This document shows, piece by piece, positions 9,993 through 20,736 of a DNA stretch of 64,000 bases (the stretch's first letter is position 1; the number at the start of each line of letters is the position of its first letter). Location: NCBI GenBank assembly GCA_902593675.1, contig CACJJI010000005.1:21081-85080 (forward strand), given 5' to 3'. Source of the stretch: an uncultured SAR86 cluster bacterium. Lineage in GTDB: Bacteria > Pseudomonadota > Gammaproteobacteria > Magnimaribacterales > D2472. The translations under genes were made by a program, and so were the position numbers. The notes below the pieces were generated by a model, which saw nothing but the letters and a program-made list of their open reading frames with translations, had not been told where the DNA came from and did not search any database.

Positions 9993-10592
9993 TTATGGCT
10001 GAAGTAATCGCTCTACCCATTCATTGTCTTGCCGCTCATAGACATGCCGTTTATTTAATCTATTCTCATGACCTTTCCAAAACTCAAAGTAATAAGGTGT
10101 AAAAGAATACCCTCCCCAAAAATCTGGCCTCATCGTTTCAGGAGTCATGGTTTTTAAAGTGTCGTGAAAATTCTTTTCAACTTCATCAAAAGAATTAATG
10201 GTCATAGATTGTCTAGAACTTATAGCTAGGGCATTTTTTTCTTTAGCTCTTCCATGAAAATGCTCATCGGAAAATTCATGAGATGTTTTAAAGATTTTGG
10301 ATTTCATTCTTATTTGAGTATTAATGCTTGCCCAATAGATCACGACAGAAACTTTATCATGAGACTCAAACTGATTTGCCTTTGGGGAAAGGTAATTTGA
10401 AAAAAATATCCACTCATTATGGGCAATATACTTTAGGTTCACATACCTTGCTTCAACTTCTTTCTTGGCTTGGTTGTATGATGAAACACAAATTGCTTCT
10501 ATCCCCTTTTGTCCATTTTCTTTAGCTTCTTGATAAAGAGATTGAAAATGAATGTAAGGTTTTTCAATGCTCGGATTAAGAAATTTTATCAT
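9993..10592 (-). CDS. pdxH: Pyridoxamine 5'-phosphate oxidase family protein
   Basis: ARYVNLK, FFSNYLSPK, QIR, RPDFWGGY, FEFWKG..NRLNKR. Confidence 0.8.
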   Translation of the reverse strand: MIKFLNPSIEKPYIHFQSLYQEAKENGQKGIEAICVSSYNQAKKEVEARYVNLKYIAHNEWIFFSNYLSPKANQFESHDKVSVVIYWASINTQIRMKSKIFKTSHEFSDEHFHGRAKEKNALAISSRQSMTINSFDEVEKNFHDTLKTMTPETMRPDFWGGYSFTPYYFEFWKGHENRLNKRHVYERQDNEWVERLLQP

Positions 10593-10608
10593 GAAAAGTC
10601 AGATCTGA

Positions 10609-10695
10609 TGGTGCCCAGAGCCGGACTTGAACCGGCACGAAGTTGCCTTCGAGGGATTTTAAGTCCCTTGTGTCTACCAATTCCACCACCTGGGC
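10609..10695 (-). tRNA. tRNA-Leu (anticodon UAA)
   Basis: GCCCAGGTGGTGGAATTGGTAGACAC-AAGGGACTTAAAATCCCT, long variable arm, GCCGGTTCAAGTCCGGC-TCTGGGCACCA; 87 nt with encoded CCA. Confidence 0.97.
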
Positions 10696-10745
10696 AATTA
10701 GTTTGTATGATCAATATTTTTCTTAATTTATGTATTTTAGAAAAA

Positions 10746-12053
10746 TTAAGCACTAAGCTTGAGTGAAATTCTTTCTCTTTCAGCATCAATTCCAAAGATG
10801 ATGCATGAGAGCTTGTCACCTTTTTTATAATTTTCCATTGCTTCGGCTGGGTTTTCATCCTCAGTAATATCAGAAAGATGGATTAAACCATCAATATCAC
10901 CTTCTAAACCAACAAAAATTCCAAAATCTGTTACAGATTTAATGCTACCTTCAACAGAATCACCCAATCCATACTTATTAGCAAATTCCATCCAAGGATT
11001 AGGTTTAGTTTGCTTTAAACCAAGAGAAATTCTTCTCTTATCATGGTCAATTTCTAGAACCATAACTTTAATATTCTCTTCCAAATCTACAACCTTTGAG
11101 GGATGGATATTCTTATTAGTCCAGTCTAGTTCTGATAAGTGTATTAAACCTTCAACGCCCTGCTCAAGCTCAGCAAAACATCCATAGTCTGTTAAATTAG
11201 AAACAGTTGCCTCATAGACTCCGCCAACAGAATACTTTCCTTCAATTGTCTCCCATGGATCATTTTGAATCTGCTTTAATCCTAATGAGACTCGGAGTTT
11301 TTCTTTATCAAAACTTAATATTTTTACATCAATTTCTTGACCAAGATTTAATACTTCTGATGGGTTAGTTACTCTTGACCATGAAATGTCTGTAATGTGC
11401 AATAAGCCATCTAGACCGCCGAGATCAACAAAAGCTCCATAATCAGTTAAGTTTTTAACTATCCCTTTAACAATTTGACCTTCATCAAGATTTTTTAATA
11501 ATTCAACCTTTTCAGCAGAATTAATTTTTTCTAAAACAGCTTTTCTTGAGAGAACAACATTGTTTCTTTTGTAATCTAGTTTGATAACTTTAAATTCTTG
11601 AACAGTATTCTCAAGCTCTGGAGCTTCCTTGACAGGCCTTATGTCAACCAAGGATCCCGGTAAAAATGCTTTGACAACATCAACCTCAACAGAAAAGCCG
11701 CCTTTCACTCGTGTTAAAACCTTTCCTTCAACAAACTCCCCTGTTTCTAAAGCCTCCTCAAGCTTTTTCCAGGTACCAATTTTTCTAGCCTTTTCTCGCG
11801 AAATTCTTGTCTCTCCATAGCCATCTTCAACTGCCTCTAAAGCAACTTGAACCTCGTCACCAGATTCAATTTCAACCGATCCATCATTGTTTCTGAACTC
11901 ATCCAGAGAAATAACCCCCTCTGATTTCAAGCCAACGTGAACTGTCACCCATTCTTTATCAACATCTAAAACAACTCCTGTGACAATGGAGCCGGGTTGC
12001 ATTTCAAGAGTGCTTAGACTTTCATCTAGTAGCGCAGCAAAACTTTCTGACAT
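10746..12053 (-). CDS. rpsA: 30S ribosomal protein S1 (five S1 repeats)
   Basis: [39 protein letters not shown]; follows cmk. Confidence 0.97.
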   Translation of the reverse strand: MSESFAALLDESLSTLEMQPGSIVTGVVLDVDKEWVTVHVGLKSEGVISLDEFRNNDGSVEIESGDEVQVALEAVEDGYGETRISREKARKIGTWKKLEEALETGEFVEGKVLTRVKGGFSVEVDVVKAFLPGSLVDIRPVKEAPELENTVQEFKVIKLDYKRNNVVLSRKAVLEKINSAEKVELLKNLDEGQIVKGIVKNLTDYGAFVDLGGLDGLLHITDISWSRVTNPSEVLNLGQEIDVKILSFDKEKLRVSLGLKQIQNDPWETIEGKYSVGGVYEATVSNLTDYGCFAELEQGVEGLIHLSELDWTNKNIHPSKVVDLEENIKVMVLEIDHDKRRISLGLKQTKPNPWMEFANKYGLGDSVEGSIKSVTDFGIFVGLEGDIDGLIHLSDITEDENPAEAMENYKKGDKLSCIIFGIDAERERISLKLSA

Positions 12054-12058
12054 ATTTT

Positions 12059-12721
12059 TTAATCTTCCTTGGTATTTTCTTTATAAATTTTTAAAACAAT
12101 TTCCAATACTTCTTGAGGAGTAAGATTCGAGGAATTCACTTCAATGGAATCATTTGCTGGCATCAAGGGAGATATTTCTCTTGCCTTGTCTGCTTCATCT
12201 CGCAATCTAATATCATCAATTAGATCGCGCATATTAACGCCTTGACCAGCATTCTGCAACTCTAAAAACCTTCTCTTTGCTCTTACCTCTGCATCAGCAA
12301 CTAAAAAAATTTTAGTGCCAGCATCAGGAAATACAACTGTGCCCATATCCCTGCCATCTGCAACCAATCCGCGATCGCTAGCTAGATCTCTTTGAAAGCT
12401 TATTAAATTATCCCTTGTTTCTTTTAAGCCGCTTAATATAGATGCTGATTTAGCAATATTTTCATCCCTAAGAATTGAAGTAATATCCTTGCTACTCTCA
12501 AAAACGTACATCTGATGGTCTATGCTATTAATTTGTAAATTTAAAAATAAGTTCTTTGCTTTAACATGATTTTGACTCTGCTCAAAACAATACGAGTATG
12601 CTCGGTATAGCAATCCACTGTCTAATAAAATAAAATCAAGTTCTTTCGCCAATGCTTTTGCGAGCGAGCCTTTGCCAGATGCAGATGGCCCATCAATGGT
12701 AATAATATTATTATTTTTCAA
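12059..12721 (-). CDS. cmk: Cytidylate kinase
   Basis: [34 protein letters not shown]. Confidence 0.97.
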   Translation of the reverse strand: MKNNNIITIDGPSASGKGSLAKALAKELDFILLDSGLLYRAYSYCFEQSQNHVKAKNLFLNLQINSIDHQMYVFESSKDITSILRDENIAKSASILSGLKETRDNLISFQRDLASDRGLVADGRDMGTVVFPDAGTKIFLVADAEVRAKRRFLELQNAGQGVNMRDLIDDIRLRDEADKAREISPLMPANDSIEVNSSNLTPQEVLEIVLKIYKENTKED

Positions 12722-14027
12722 GCTTATATCCTATAGAAGAAATGAGCTCTATGAAATTAGGAAATGATGTAAATATATTTTTACAATTCTTTACAGTAAT
12801 TGGTTTTGTGCATTTTAAGCCAGCAATCAAAAAACTCATAGCAATCCTATGATCATCATGAGATTCAATAAAAATTGGTTCTTCTATACAAAGTCTCTTT
12901 GAGCTTCCCATGATAGAAATACCATCATCAAAACTTTTATGGGCAATTCCAAGAATACTAAAACCATCTGAGATGGCTTGCAGCCTGTCTGATTCCTTCA
13001 CTCTTAATTCCGCAGCATCTTTAATGAGCGTTTCACCCTCTGCAAATGCAGCAGCAATGGATAAAATGGGTATTTCGTCAATAATATTAGGGATGATTTC
13101 TCCCGATAGCTCAACCCCTTTGAGTTTAGATCGTTTAACTTCTAAATCAGCACAAGGCTCCCCTGACTCCAATCTCTGATTTTTTACCTCAATATTTGCG
13201 CCCATTTTTTTTAAAGCTTTCAGCACCCCAGTTCGAGAAGGATTCATTCCGACATTGGTAATCTCTAGTCCTGATGATTTGCTAATTAAAGCAGCAACTA
13301 TCAAAAAAGCCGCTGAAGAAATATCTCCTACCACTTTATAGTTTTTAGCAGTCAATTGATTTGAGGACGAAAGTTGGATAATATTTTTACCGTCCTTAGA
13401 GCTAATTTCTATATTTGCGCCAAAGTTGTTTAACATTCTTTCTGTATGATCTCTTGTTTGAATGGGCTCAATAATTTCAACAACTGACCCTGAAGCAAGA
13501 CCAGCTAATAGGATGCTTGATTTTACTTGAGCGCTTGCCACTGGCAACTCATATATGTATTGCTTTTGGAGTGATGTTGCCGATATTGAAATGGGCAGCT
13601 TGCCATTTGATGATTTAATGTTGGCCCCCATTTCAGTTAATGGGTTTATTACCCTGCTCATTGGTCGAGAAGACAAAGACTCATCACCACAAAAAGAGAG
13701 ATTTAATCCAATTCCAGAAGTCAGACCCAGCATAAGACGCAAGCCAGTCCCAGAATTACCAAGATTAAGCGGTTCATCACAATTTTGAAAAGTATGATTT
13801 TTTTTACATAAATAAACCAAGCCTTTTTCATCAATTGTAATACCTGCTCCAATTTGATTGAGGGCATTCATTGTTGAGAGTGGGTCTTCTCCATGCAAGA
13901 AACCATCAACTGTCATTTCTTGATTCATTAAAGCTCCGATAATAAGAACTCTTTGCGAGATAGATTTGTCTCCAGGGCATTGAACCGTCCCAGAAATATG
14001 GTGATGAGTAGACGTGGTTAAGTTCAA
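12711..14027 (-). CDS. aroA: 3-phosphoshikimate 1-carboxyvinyltransferase (EPSP synthase, class II type)
   Basis: PGDKSIS, GNSGT, SAQVKS, RDHTERML, ELRVKESDR, DHRIAM. Confidence 0.97.
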   Translation of the reverse strand: MNLTTSTHHHISGTVQCPGDKSISQRVLIIGALMNQEMTVDGFLHGEDPLSTMNALNQIGAGITIDEKGLVYLCKKNHTFQNCDEPLNLGNSGTGLRLMLGLTSGIGLNLSFCGDESLSSRPMSRVINPLTEMGANIKSSNGKLPISISATSLQKQYIYELPVASAQVKSSILLAGLASGSVVEIIEPIQTRDHTERMLNNFGANIEISSKDGKNIIQLSSSNQLTAKNYKVVGDISSAAFLIVAALISKSSGLEITNVGMNPSRTGVLKALKKMGANIEVKNQRLESGEPCADLEVKRSKLKGVELSGEIIPNIIDEIPILSIAAAFAEGETLIKDAAELRVKESDRLQAISDGFSILGIAHKSFDDGISIMGSSKRLCIEEPIFIESHDDHRIAMSFLIAGLKCTKPITVKNCKNIFTSFPNFIELISSIGYKLEK

Positions 14028-14866
14028 TAGTTTGATTCCTTAAAGTCTTTAAGTTCACTTAAAAAATCCTGGAGACTTTGTGGGTCATTTCCGATCTTGC
14101 CCTTCAAGATACTGAGACTATTCATTAAATCATTTATCGCCAAGGTAATATTCTTTTCATTCATTGAAAAAATATCTGCCCACATTTCTGGAGAGGATGA
14201 TACCAATCTTAAAAATTCTCCGAGACCGCCGCCTGAAAAATTTGAAAGATCATCCTGCTCAAGCCCCTTTAAAGTATTTAATAATGCATATGCCGCTAGG
14301 TGAGGAAGATGACTTGTGTATGCAAATATCTGATCATGCATCTCAGCATCCAGCACTACAATGTTTGATCCAAGCTTACTCCAAAGACTTTTAACTCGAT
14401 CTACATGCTTTGATGTTACGGAGTCATGATAAGATAGAATTGTAGATTTTCCATCGAAAAGATTAGCAACTGAATTTTCTTCACCTGAAAGATGGGAGCC
14501 TGCTATAGGATGGGAAAAAATAAAATTTTCAGGAAAATGAAATTCTTGCAAAGTTTTATTTAAAGAGCTTTTAGAGCTTGTTGTGTCTGTGATAGTGAGG
14601 GAAGAATTAAATAAAAAATCTAAGGATTTTAGAATGTTATTAGTGACATTTGGAGGAGTCGAGATAATTACCAATGAATTTGCGTATTCAACGCTTTCTA
14701 AATCATTAAGAGAATTAAGTGAGCCCAGAATTGATTGATTATCTAATGCATTCTTGATGCTTTTTTGATCCGAATCAAAAGCTAAGATCTCGTAATCATT
14801 GGAGCTTGATAAAGTTTTAGCTATCGAACCTCCTATTAATCCTAGGCCAATAATAATAATTTTCAT
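14024..14866 (-). CDS. tyrA: Prephenate/arogenate dehydrogenase
   Basis: GLGLIGGS, HPIAGS, HDQIFAYTSHLPH. Confidence 0.92.
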   Translation of the reverse strand: MKIIIIGLGLIGGSIAKTLSSSNDYEILAFDSDQKSIKNALDNQSILGSLNSLNDLESVEYANSLVIISTPPNVTNNILKSLDFLFNSSLTITDTTSSKSSLNKTLQEFHFPENFIFSHPIAGSHLSGEENSVANLFDGKSTILSYHDSVTSKHVDRVKSLWSKLGSNIVVLDAEMHDQIFAYTSHLPHLAAYALLNTLKGLEQDDLSNFSGGGLGEFLRLVSSSPEMWADIFSMNEKNITLAINDLMNSLSILKGKIGNDPQSLQDFLSELKDFKESNY

Positions 14867-15960
14867 AAAAGCTCTTCTAATGCTCTAAGAAATTTTAAAT
14901 TTTCAGCTTCTGTGCCAATTGTGACTCTTAAATAGTCTTTCATATCATACAAATCAACAGATCGAACGATGACTCCTTTTTTCATGAGACTATTAAACAT
15001 TTCTTTACCTACAAAGTTCCCCTTGAAGGTAATAAAGTTTCCAACTGAAGGAATGCAGTCAAGTCCAAGGGCAGATAATTGATAAAATAAAAAATCATAC
15101 TGTTGTGAGTTAAGCTCTATGCTTTGTCGAATATGCTCATGATCATTGATTGCTACGCAAGCCATAGCTTGGGCTATTGTATTTGCATTGAAAGGCTGTC
15201 TGATTCGATTAAGAACCTCAATCAAAGATGTATTAGCAATGCCATACCCAATACGGATGCTGGCCAACCCATGAATTTTAGAAAATGTTTTTGTAATTAA
15301 TAAATTATCAAACTCATTTAGAAGATCTATTGGTTTGACGTAATCGTCTTTGGTTACATACTCGAAATATGCACAATCTAATACTACTAAAACGGACGAA
15401 GGAACTTTTTTAAGCAACGAATAAACTTCTTCGTGATTATTGTATGTGCCAGTTGGGTTATTTGGGTTTGCAATAAAAATTACTCTTGTACTAATATCTA
15501 AGTGATCCTCAAATGATTTTAAATCATGGCCCCAGTTGCATGAAGGAACCTCTATCAATGATGCGCCTGAAGATTGAGTAACAATTTTATATACTGCAAA
15601 CGCATGCTTTGAAGCAATTGCTGAGGTGCTTGGGTTCAAGAAAGCTCTTGCAGCTAATTCCAAAATCTCATTAGAGCCGTTACCTATAATAATATTGTCA
15701 AAAGAAACATTCTCATGATCAGCGATCTCCTTTTTGAGCTTTGTACCATTTCCATCTGGATATAAATGTAAATCATTTTCAAGCTCTGCTAAGATTGAAA
15801 GCGCTTTGGGGGATGCTCCAAGTGGATTTTCATTGCTCGCTAGTTTAACTACTTCATGATGGCCGAATTCTGCAACAACTTCATCAATTGAACGGCCAGG
15901 TTCATATGGATGAAGATCCTCAATCCCAGGGTTAAGATTTTTAAGAATGTCTAAACTCAT
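14863..15960 (-). CDS. hisC: Histidinol-phosphate aminotransferase (aromatic-pathway hisC)
   Basis: KLASNENPLG, NPNNPTG, TFSKIHGLASIRIGY. Confidence 0.93.
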   Translation of the reverse strand: MSLDILKNLNPGIEDLHPYEPGRSIDEVVAEFGHHEVVKLASNENPLGASPKALSILAELENDLHLYPDGNGTKLKKEIADHENVSFDNIIIGNGSNEILELAARAFLNPSTSAIASKHAFAVYKIVTQSSGASLIEVPSCNWGHDLKSFEDHLDISTRVIFIANPNNPTGTYNNHEEVYSLLKKVPSSVLVVLDCAYFEYVTKDDYVKPIDLLNEFDNLLITKTFSKIHGLASIRIGYGIANTSLIEVLNRIRQPFNANTIAQAMACVAINDHEHIRQSIELNSQQYDFLFYQLSALGLDCIPSVGNFITFKGNFVGKEMFNSLMKKGVIVRSVDLYDMKDYLRVTIGTEAENLKFLRALEELL

Positions 15961-17039
15961 GAGTCAGATGGGTATGAGCCAAGAATACGAACAGATGCTC
16001 CTAGTTCTTTCAAGCTGACAATAACTTGCTTAAGCTTTAAATCTTTATAGTGACCACTGCTATCTATAAAAAAATTATGAGCATTCTTTGATTCTCTTGA
16101 TGGACGTGTCTCAATTCTTTCGAGATTAATTTTTCTTTTATTAAATGGTTCAAGGATCTTAATTAAAGCTCCTGGCCTATTGTCTGTTTGTATCAAGAAA
16201 GATGTTTTATCTTTTTTTGTTTGTCCAATATCAATATTACCGATCACTAAAAATCTTGTGTTATTGTCAGAAAAATCTTCAATATTTTTTTGATAATGAT
16301 GAAGTTTATATTTATTTATTGCTAAAGAGCTAACGATGCATAATGTTTTTTGTTGAGTTTTGGATAATCTTGCAGCTTCTGCAGTGCTAGAAGTTATCTC
16401 TCTCTTAGCATTAGGCAAATTTGCATCTAGCCATTTACTGCACTGACCTAAGGCTTGAGGATGAGATGCAACAACTTGAGCATCAGTTAATTTAAATTTT
16501 TTTGCTGAGGCAAGCTGATGATGAATGGGAAGATAGGTTTCACCACAAATTTTTAAATCTTCGTCCGCCAAAGAATTCAAAGTTGCATTAACAACTCCCT
16601 CAGAAGAATTCTCAACTGGCACAATACCAAAGTTTGCTGATCCAGTTCTCACTTGATGAAAAACATCTTCAATGGTTGCTCTAGGTGATCTGACTGGTGA
16701 AGAGCCAAATTGCTGAATCACTGCTCCTTCAGAATGTGTACCTTCTGGGCCAAGAAATGCAATGGTCATTTCTTCTTCTAATGATAGGCATGAAGAAATA
16801 ATTTCTTTAAATATATATTGAATTTTTTTTTCTGAAATTGGGCCTTCATTGAGCTTAGAAATATTTCTCAATATTTCTGCTTCCCTGTCAGGCTTATAAA
16901 ATGACTTATTAGAATTAACCAAGCCCTTCAGGTCACCTATTTTTTGAGCTAAGGAGCCTCTTTTTTGAATAAGCTTCAAAATTTGATGATCAATTGCATC
17001 AATTTTCTGCCTAATAGGTTTAATTTTATTCTTACTCAC
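15957..17039 (-). CDS. pheA: Chorismate mutase/prephenate dehydratase (P-protein)
   Basis: IRQKIDAID, LGPEGT, VPVENS, SHPQAL, NNTRF, IETRP ACT domain. Confidence 0.95.
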   Translation of the reverse strand: MSKNKIKPIRQKIDAIDHQILKLIQKRGSLAQKIGDLKGLVNSNKSFYKPDREAEILRNISKLNEGPISEKKIQYIFKEIISSCLSLEEEMTIAFLGPEGTHSEGAVIQQFGSSPVRSPRATIEDVFHQVRTGSANFGIVPVENSSEGVVNATLNSLADEDLKICGETYLPIHHQLASAKKFKLTDAQVVASHPQALGQCSKWLDANLPNAKREITSSTAEAARLSKTQQKTLCIVSSLAINKYKLHHYQKNIEDFSDNNTRFLVIGNIDIGQTKKDKTSFLIQTDNRPGALIKILEPFNKRKINLERIETRPSRESKNAHNFFIDSSGHYKDLKLKQVIVSLKELGASVRILGSYPSDS

Positions 17040-17043
17040 AATT

Positions 17044-18117
17044 TTATCCGTGCTTAGATTGAAAATCTCCCATGAAATTAATCAATGCCTCTACTGCTTC
17101 AATTGGAGTAGCATTATAAATACTTGCTCTCATGCCGCCAACTGACCTGTGCCCTTTTAAGTTAAGTAAACCTGCATTTTCCGCATCATGCAAGAATTCA
17201 GTTTCTAATTCTGAGTTTGACAGCAGAAAAGGAATATTCATTATCGATCTATTTTCTTTGGAAATAGAATTCGAAAAAAAAACTGATTCATCTATAAAAT
17301 CATATAGTTTCTTTGCCTTGTACTTGTTAATCTCGCCAATGGATTTTAAGCCACCCATATCTTTTAGCCATTTAAACACTTTACCGGATAAATACCATGC
17401 AAAGGTTGGTGGGGTATTAAACATGGATTCTGCACTTGCATGTTTTGCATATTGAAGCATACCGGGTAATTTATTAGAGGCTTTATTTAGAAAGCTGTCT
17501 TTTATGATGCAAATAGTTAACCCAGCAGGGCCAATATTTTTTTGCGCGCCTGCATAAATCATAGAAAATTTTGATACATCAATTTGCTCACTTAAAATCA
17601 CTGATGACATATCTGCGATGAGGGGTGCTTTTGTCGTTGGAGGAGCATGTAAGGCATTACCTTCAATTGTCTCATTGGCGACATAATGCAGGTATGCAGC
17701 GTCTTCAGAGCAGGTCCAACTTTCTTCGTTTGGCACATGATCAAAATTAGATGATTCAGAACTTGTCACGACATTCACATCTATTATTTTTGATGCTTCC
17801 TTGATAGCTTTTTGAGACCAACTTCCAGTTAGAGCATAGTCAGCAACCTTCTCTGATGCAAAATTCATTGGAATCATAGAGAATTGAAGAGTTGCCCCCC
17901 CTTGAAGAAATAAAACTTGATAATCACTTGGGATATCTAATAGATCTATTAAGTCTTGTCGTGCTTGATTTGCTATGTTTATGTAATCAGAAGACCTATG
18001 ACTCATCTCCATGACTGACATACCAGAATCTTGCCATTCCAGCATTTCGGATTGAGCTTCTTGCAAAACAGGTTCAGGAATAGCAGCAGGACCTGCTGAA
18101 AAGTTCCATTTTCTCAT
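17044..18117 (-). CDS. serC: Phosphoserine aminotransferase
   Basis: NFSAGPA, EMSHRS, GAQKNIGPAG, GHRSVGGMRAS. Confidence 0.97.
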   Translation of the reverse strand: MRKWNFSAGPAAIPEPVLQEAQSEMLEWQDSGMSVMEMSHRSSDYINIANQARQDLIDLLDIPSDYQVLFLQGGATLQFSMIPMNFASEKVADYALTGSWSQKAIKEASKIIDVNVVTSSESSNFDHVPNEESWTCSEDAAYLHYVANETIEGNALHAPPTTKAPLIADMSSVILSEQIDVSKFSMIYAGAQKNIGPAGLTICIIKDSFLNKASNKLPGMLQYAKHASAESMFNTPPTFAWYLSGKVFKWLKDMGGLKSIGEINKYKAKKLYDFIDESVFFSNSISKENRSIMNIPFLLSNSELETEFLHDAENAGLLNLKGHRSVGGMRASIYNATPIEAVEALINFMGDFQSKHG

Positions 18118-20654
18118 TATTCCTCTTCTTCTTCAGGAGGAATTCTAACGCCCTCGATTAACTTCTCTCCATCTTTAGGAGAAATCACCTTAACACCTTG
18201 AGTATTTCTACCCAGAGTAGGTATTTGGCTGATGGCAGTCCTAATTAATGTTCCTTTATCACTGATAAGCATTATTCCATCATTCTCGTCCACAGAGACA
18301 GCTGAAACCATATTCCCGTTTCTCTCACTCGTCTTCAAAGCAATAACGCCTTGCCCACCTCGGTTATATGACGGGAAATCTTCGAGATTGGTTCTCTTGC
18401 CAAAACCATTTTCAGACAAACATAAAATAGTCTTGGAGGGATCACCAATCATTAAAGAAATAACTTTCATACCATCCTTAAGCGTGATTCCTTTTACGCC
18501 TCTTGCAGTTCTACCCATAGGACGAACTTTGGATTCATGAAATCTAATTAATTTCCCAGAATAGGATGATAGCAAAATATCATTATCTCCATTAGTAATG
18601 ACTGTTCCTACTAATTTGTCGTCGTCATCTAACCGAATTGCTTTAATTCCAGATTTATATTTTTTATGGAATAAATTTAGATTTGTTTTTTTTACAACTC
18701 CATTTCGGGTAGCCATAAAAATAAATTTATCTTCTGAAAATTCATCTACAGGTAAAATTTGTGTCACTGTCTCATCATCGTCTAGCTTCAACATATTGAC
18801 TAAAGGCCGGCCTTTAGATGTTCTACTTGCTACAGGGACCTCATATACTTTTAACCAAAAAACTTTTCCTTTAGTTGTAAAGCAAAGAAGCTGACTATGA
18901 GAACTCAAAACATAGAGATTTTGAATTAAGTCTTCCTCCTTAACCGATGCACCGGCTTTGCCTACACCGCCTCTGCGCTGCTCTCTATATTCATCAAGTG
19001 GTTGAGTTTTAGCGTAGCCGCTTCTTGATAAAGTTAAAACTCGAGTCTCCTCTGGAATTAAGTCTTCATTAGAGATGTCGTGACGAGTGTCATTGATATT
19101 TGTTTTTCTTTCATCGCCAAAATTTTCTCTTACTTCTATTAGCTCATCTTTGATTAGCTGTAAGAGAGTATCTTTGTCATCAAGGATTTTCTGAAGCTCT
19201 AAAATCACGGCTAGAATTTCATTGAATTCTGCGGAGAGATTATCTTGTTCTAGACCGGTAAGTCTTCCAAGTCTTAATTCAAGTATTGACTTAGCTTGAG
19301 CTGGCGATAGTTTGTAGCTTTTTCCTTTTATGCCATATTCAGATGAGAGACCTTTAGGACGACAAGCATCCTTACCAGCTTTTTTAAGAATTACCTCAAT
19401 TGGACCCGCTTTCCAAGATTTCTTACATAGCTCAGTTGCAGCAATCTTGGTGTCTTTAGATTTTTTAATTATTTTAATAACTTCATCAATGTTGGCAATT
19501 GCAACCATTAATCCCTCAACAATGTGACCTCTCTCTTTAGCCTTTCTAAGATCAAACTTTGTTCTCTTAGTGACAACATCTTTTCTATGTTTGATAAATT
19601 CTTGAAGAATCTCTTTAATATTTAATACTCTGGGCTGACCATCCACAAGAACAGTGAAATTAATTCCAAAGGATTGTTCCAATTGTGATTGAGCAAATAA
19701 ATTATTTTCTAAAACCTCAACAGACTCTCCTCGCTTAACCTCAATAACTACCCTTAAACCGTCTTTATCTGATTCATCCCTGATTTCACTGATTCCATCG
19801 ATCTTCTTTTCTTTTACCATCTCAGCAATTCTTTCGAGCATCTTTGCTTTATTTACCATGTAAGGTATCTCATTAATTATCAATGAGCTCTTTCCTGATT
19901 TATCCTCTTCTACAGAAGTTTTAGCGCGAACATGAATAATTCCTCTGCCAGTTTTATACCCTTCGTATATTCCAATTCTTCCATCTATAGTGCCACCCGT
20001 TGGGAAATCAGGACCAGTAATGATTTGAATAATTTCATCAATACTAGCTTTAGGATTGTCCAATAAAAGCAAGCATCCATTTAATACTTCTGTTAAGTTA
20101 TGAGGGGGTACATTTGTTGCCATGCCAACTGCGATACCTGATGAGCCATTAACAAGCAGAGCTGGAATCCGTGTAGGCATCACATCAGGGATCTGCTCTG
20201 TTCCGTCATAATTAGGAGAATAACTTACAGTTTCTTTCTCAATATCATTGAGGATCATGTCTGTAATTTTTGCCATTCTCACTTCGGTATAACGCATGGC
20301 AGCTGGAGAGTCTCCATCGATGGAACCGAAATTACCTTGTCCCTCGACCAAGGTATATCTCATTGAAAAATCTTGGGCCATTCTGACCATTGCTTCATAC
20401 ACAGCTGAGTCGCCATGAGGATGATATTTACCTATTACATCACCGACCACTCTCGCTGATTTTTTATAAGGTTGTCGATAAGTATTTCTTAGAATATGTT
20501 GAGCATATAAAATTCTTCTATGCACTGGTTTTAGACCGTCTCTGACATCTGGAAGCGCCCTTCCATGAATCACGCTCATTGCATAACTTAAATATGAAGT
20601 TTTTAGCTCATCTTCAATGTTTATTGGTAAGATTTGTTTTGCAAAATCAGTCAT
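18117..20654 (-). CDS. gyrA: DNA gyrase subunit A
   Basis: [25 protein letters not shown], GyrA-box QRRGGVG. Confidence 0.98.
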   Translation of the reverse strand: MTDFAKQILPINIEDELKTSYLSYAMSVIHGRALPDVRDGLKPVHRRILYAQHILRNTYRQPYKKSARVVGDVIGKYHPHGDSAVYEAMVRMAQDFSMRYTLVEGQGNFGSIDGDSPAAMRYTEVRMAKITDMILNDIEKETVSYSPNYDGTEQIPDVMPTRIPALLVNGSSGIAVGMATNVPPHNLTEVLNGCLLLLDNPKASIDEIIQIITGPDFPTGGTIDGRIGIYEGYKTGRGIIHVRAKTSVEEDKSGKSSLIINEIPYMVNKAKMLERIAEMVKEKKIDGISEIRDESDKDGLRVVIEVKRGESVEVLENNLFAQSQLEQSFGINFTVLVDGQPRVLNIKEILQEFIKHRKDVVTKRTKFDLRKAKERGHIVEGLMVAIANIDEVIKIIKKSKDTKIAATELCKKSWKAGPIEVILKKAGKDACRPKGLSSEYGIKGKSYKLSPAQAKSILELRLGRLTGLEQDNLSAEFNEILAVILELQKILDDKDTLLQLIKDELIEVRENFGDERKTNINDTRHDISNEDLIPEETRVLTLSRSGYAKTQPLDEYREQRRGGVGKAGASVKEEDLIQNLYVLSSHSQLLCFTTKGKVFWLKVYEVPVASRTSKGRPLVNMLKLDDDETVTQILPVDEFSEDKFIFMATRNGVVKKTNLNLFHKKYKSGIKAIRLDDDDKLVGTVITNGDNDILLSSYSGKLIRFHESKVRPMGRTARGVKGITLKDGMKVISLMIGDPSKTILCLSENGFGKRTNLEDFPSYNRGGQGVIALKTSERNGNMVSAVSVDENDGIMLISDKGTLIRTAISQIPTLGRNTQGVKVISPKDGEKLIEGVRIPPEEEEE

Positions 20655-20712
20655 TATTTAACCTTAAAATTGATATTTTTTACGTGCAGAAAATTCCCTT
20701 AATTAAGGTTAA

Positions 20713-20721
20713 ATTTTACCA
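20713..20721 (-). promoter_or_regulatory. Extended -10 promoter element for the gyrA operon
   Basis: Minus strand reads TGGTAAAAT (TGn + TAAAAT) about 60 nt upstream of the gyrA ATG. Confidence 0.5.
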
Positions 20722-20736
20722 TACTTCGGGGGGAAT

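Noticed and set aside
9870-10695. Integrative element at tRNA-Leu
   Set aside because: No integrase is present and I saw no duplicate of the tRNA 3' end (att site)
10509-10858. ORFs 10509..10766(+) and 10589..10858(-)
   Set aside because: They overlap tRNA-Leu and rpsA/pdxH and are translations of tRNA sequence
20390-20425. Quinolone-resistance change in the GyrA QRDR (HGDSAVYE)
   Set aside because: Ser83 and an acidic residue 87 are retained, which is a common wild-type form
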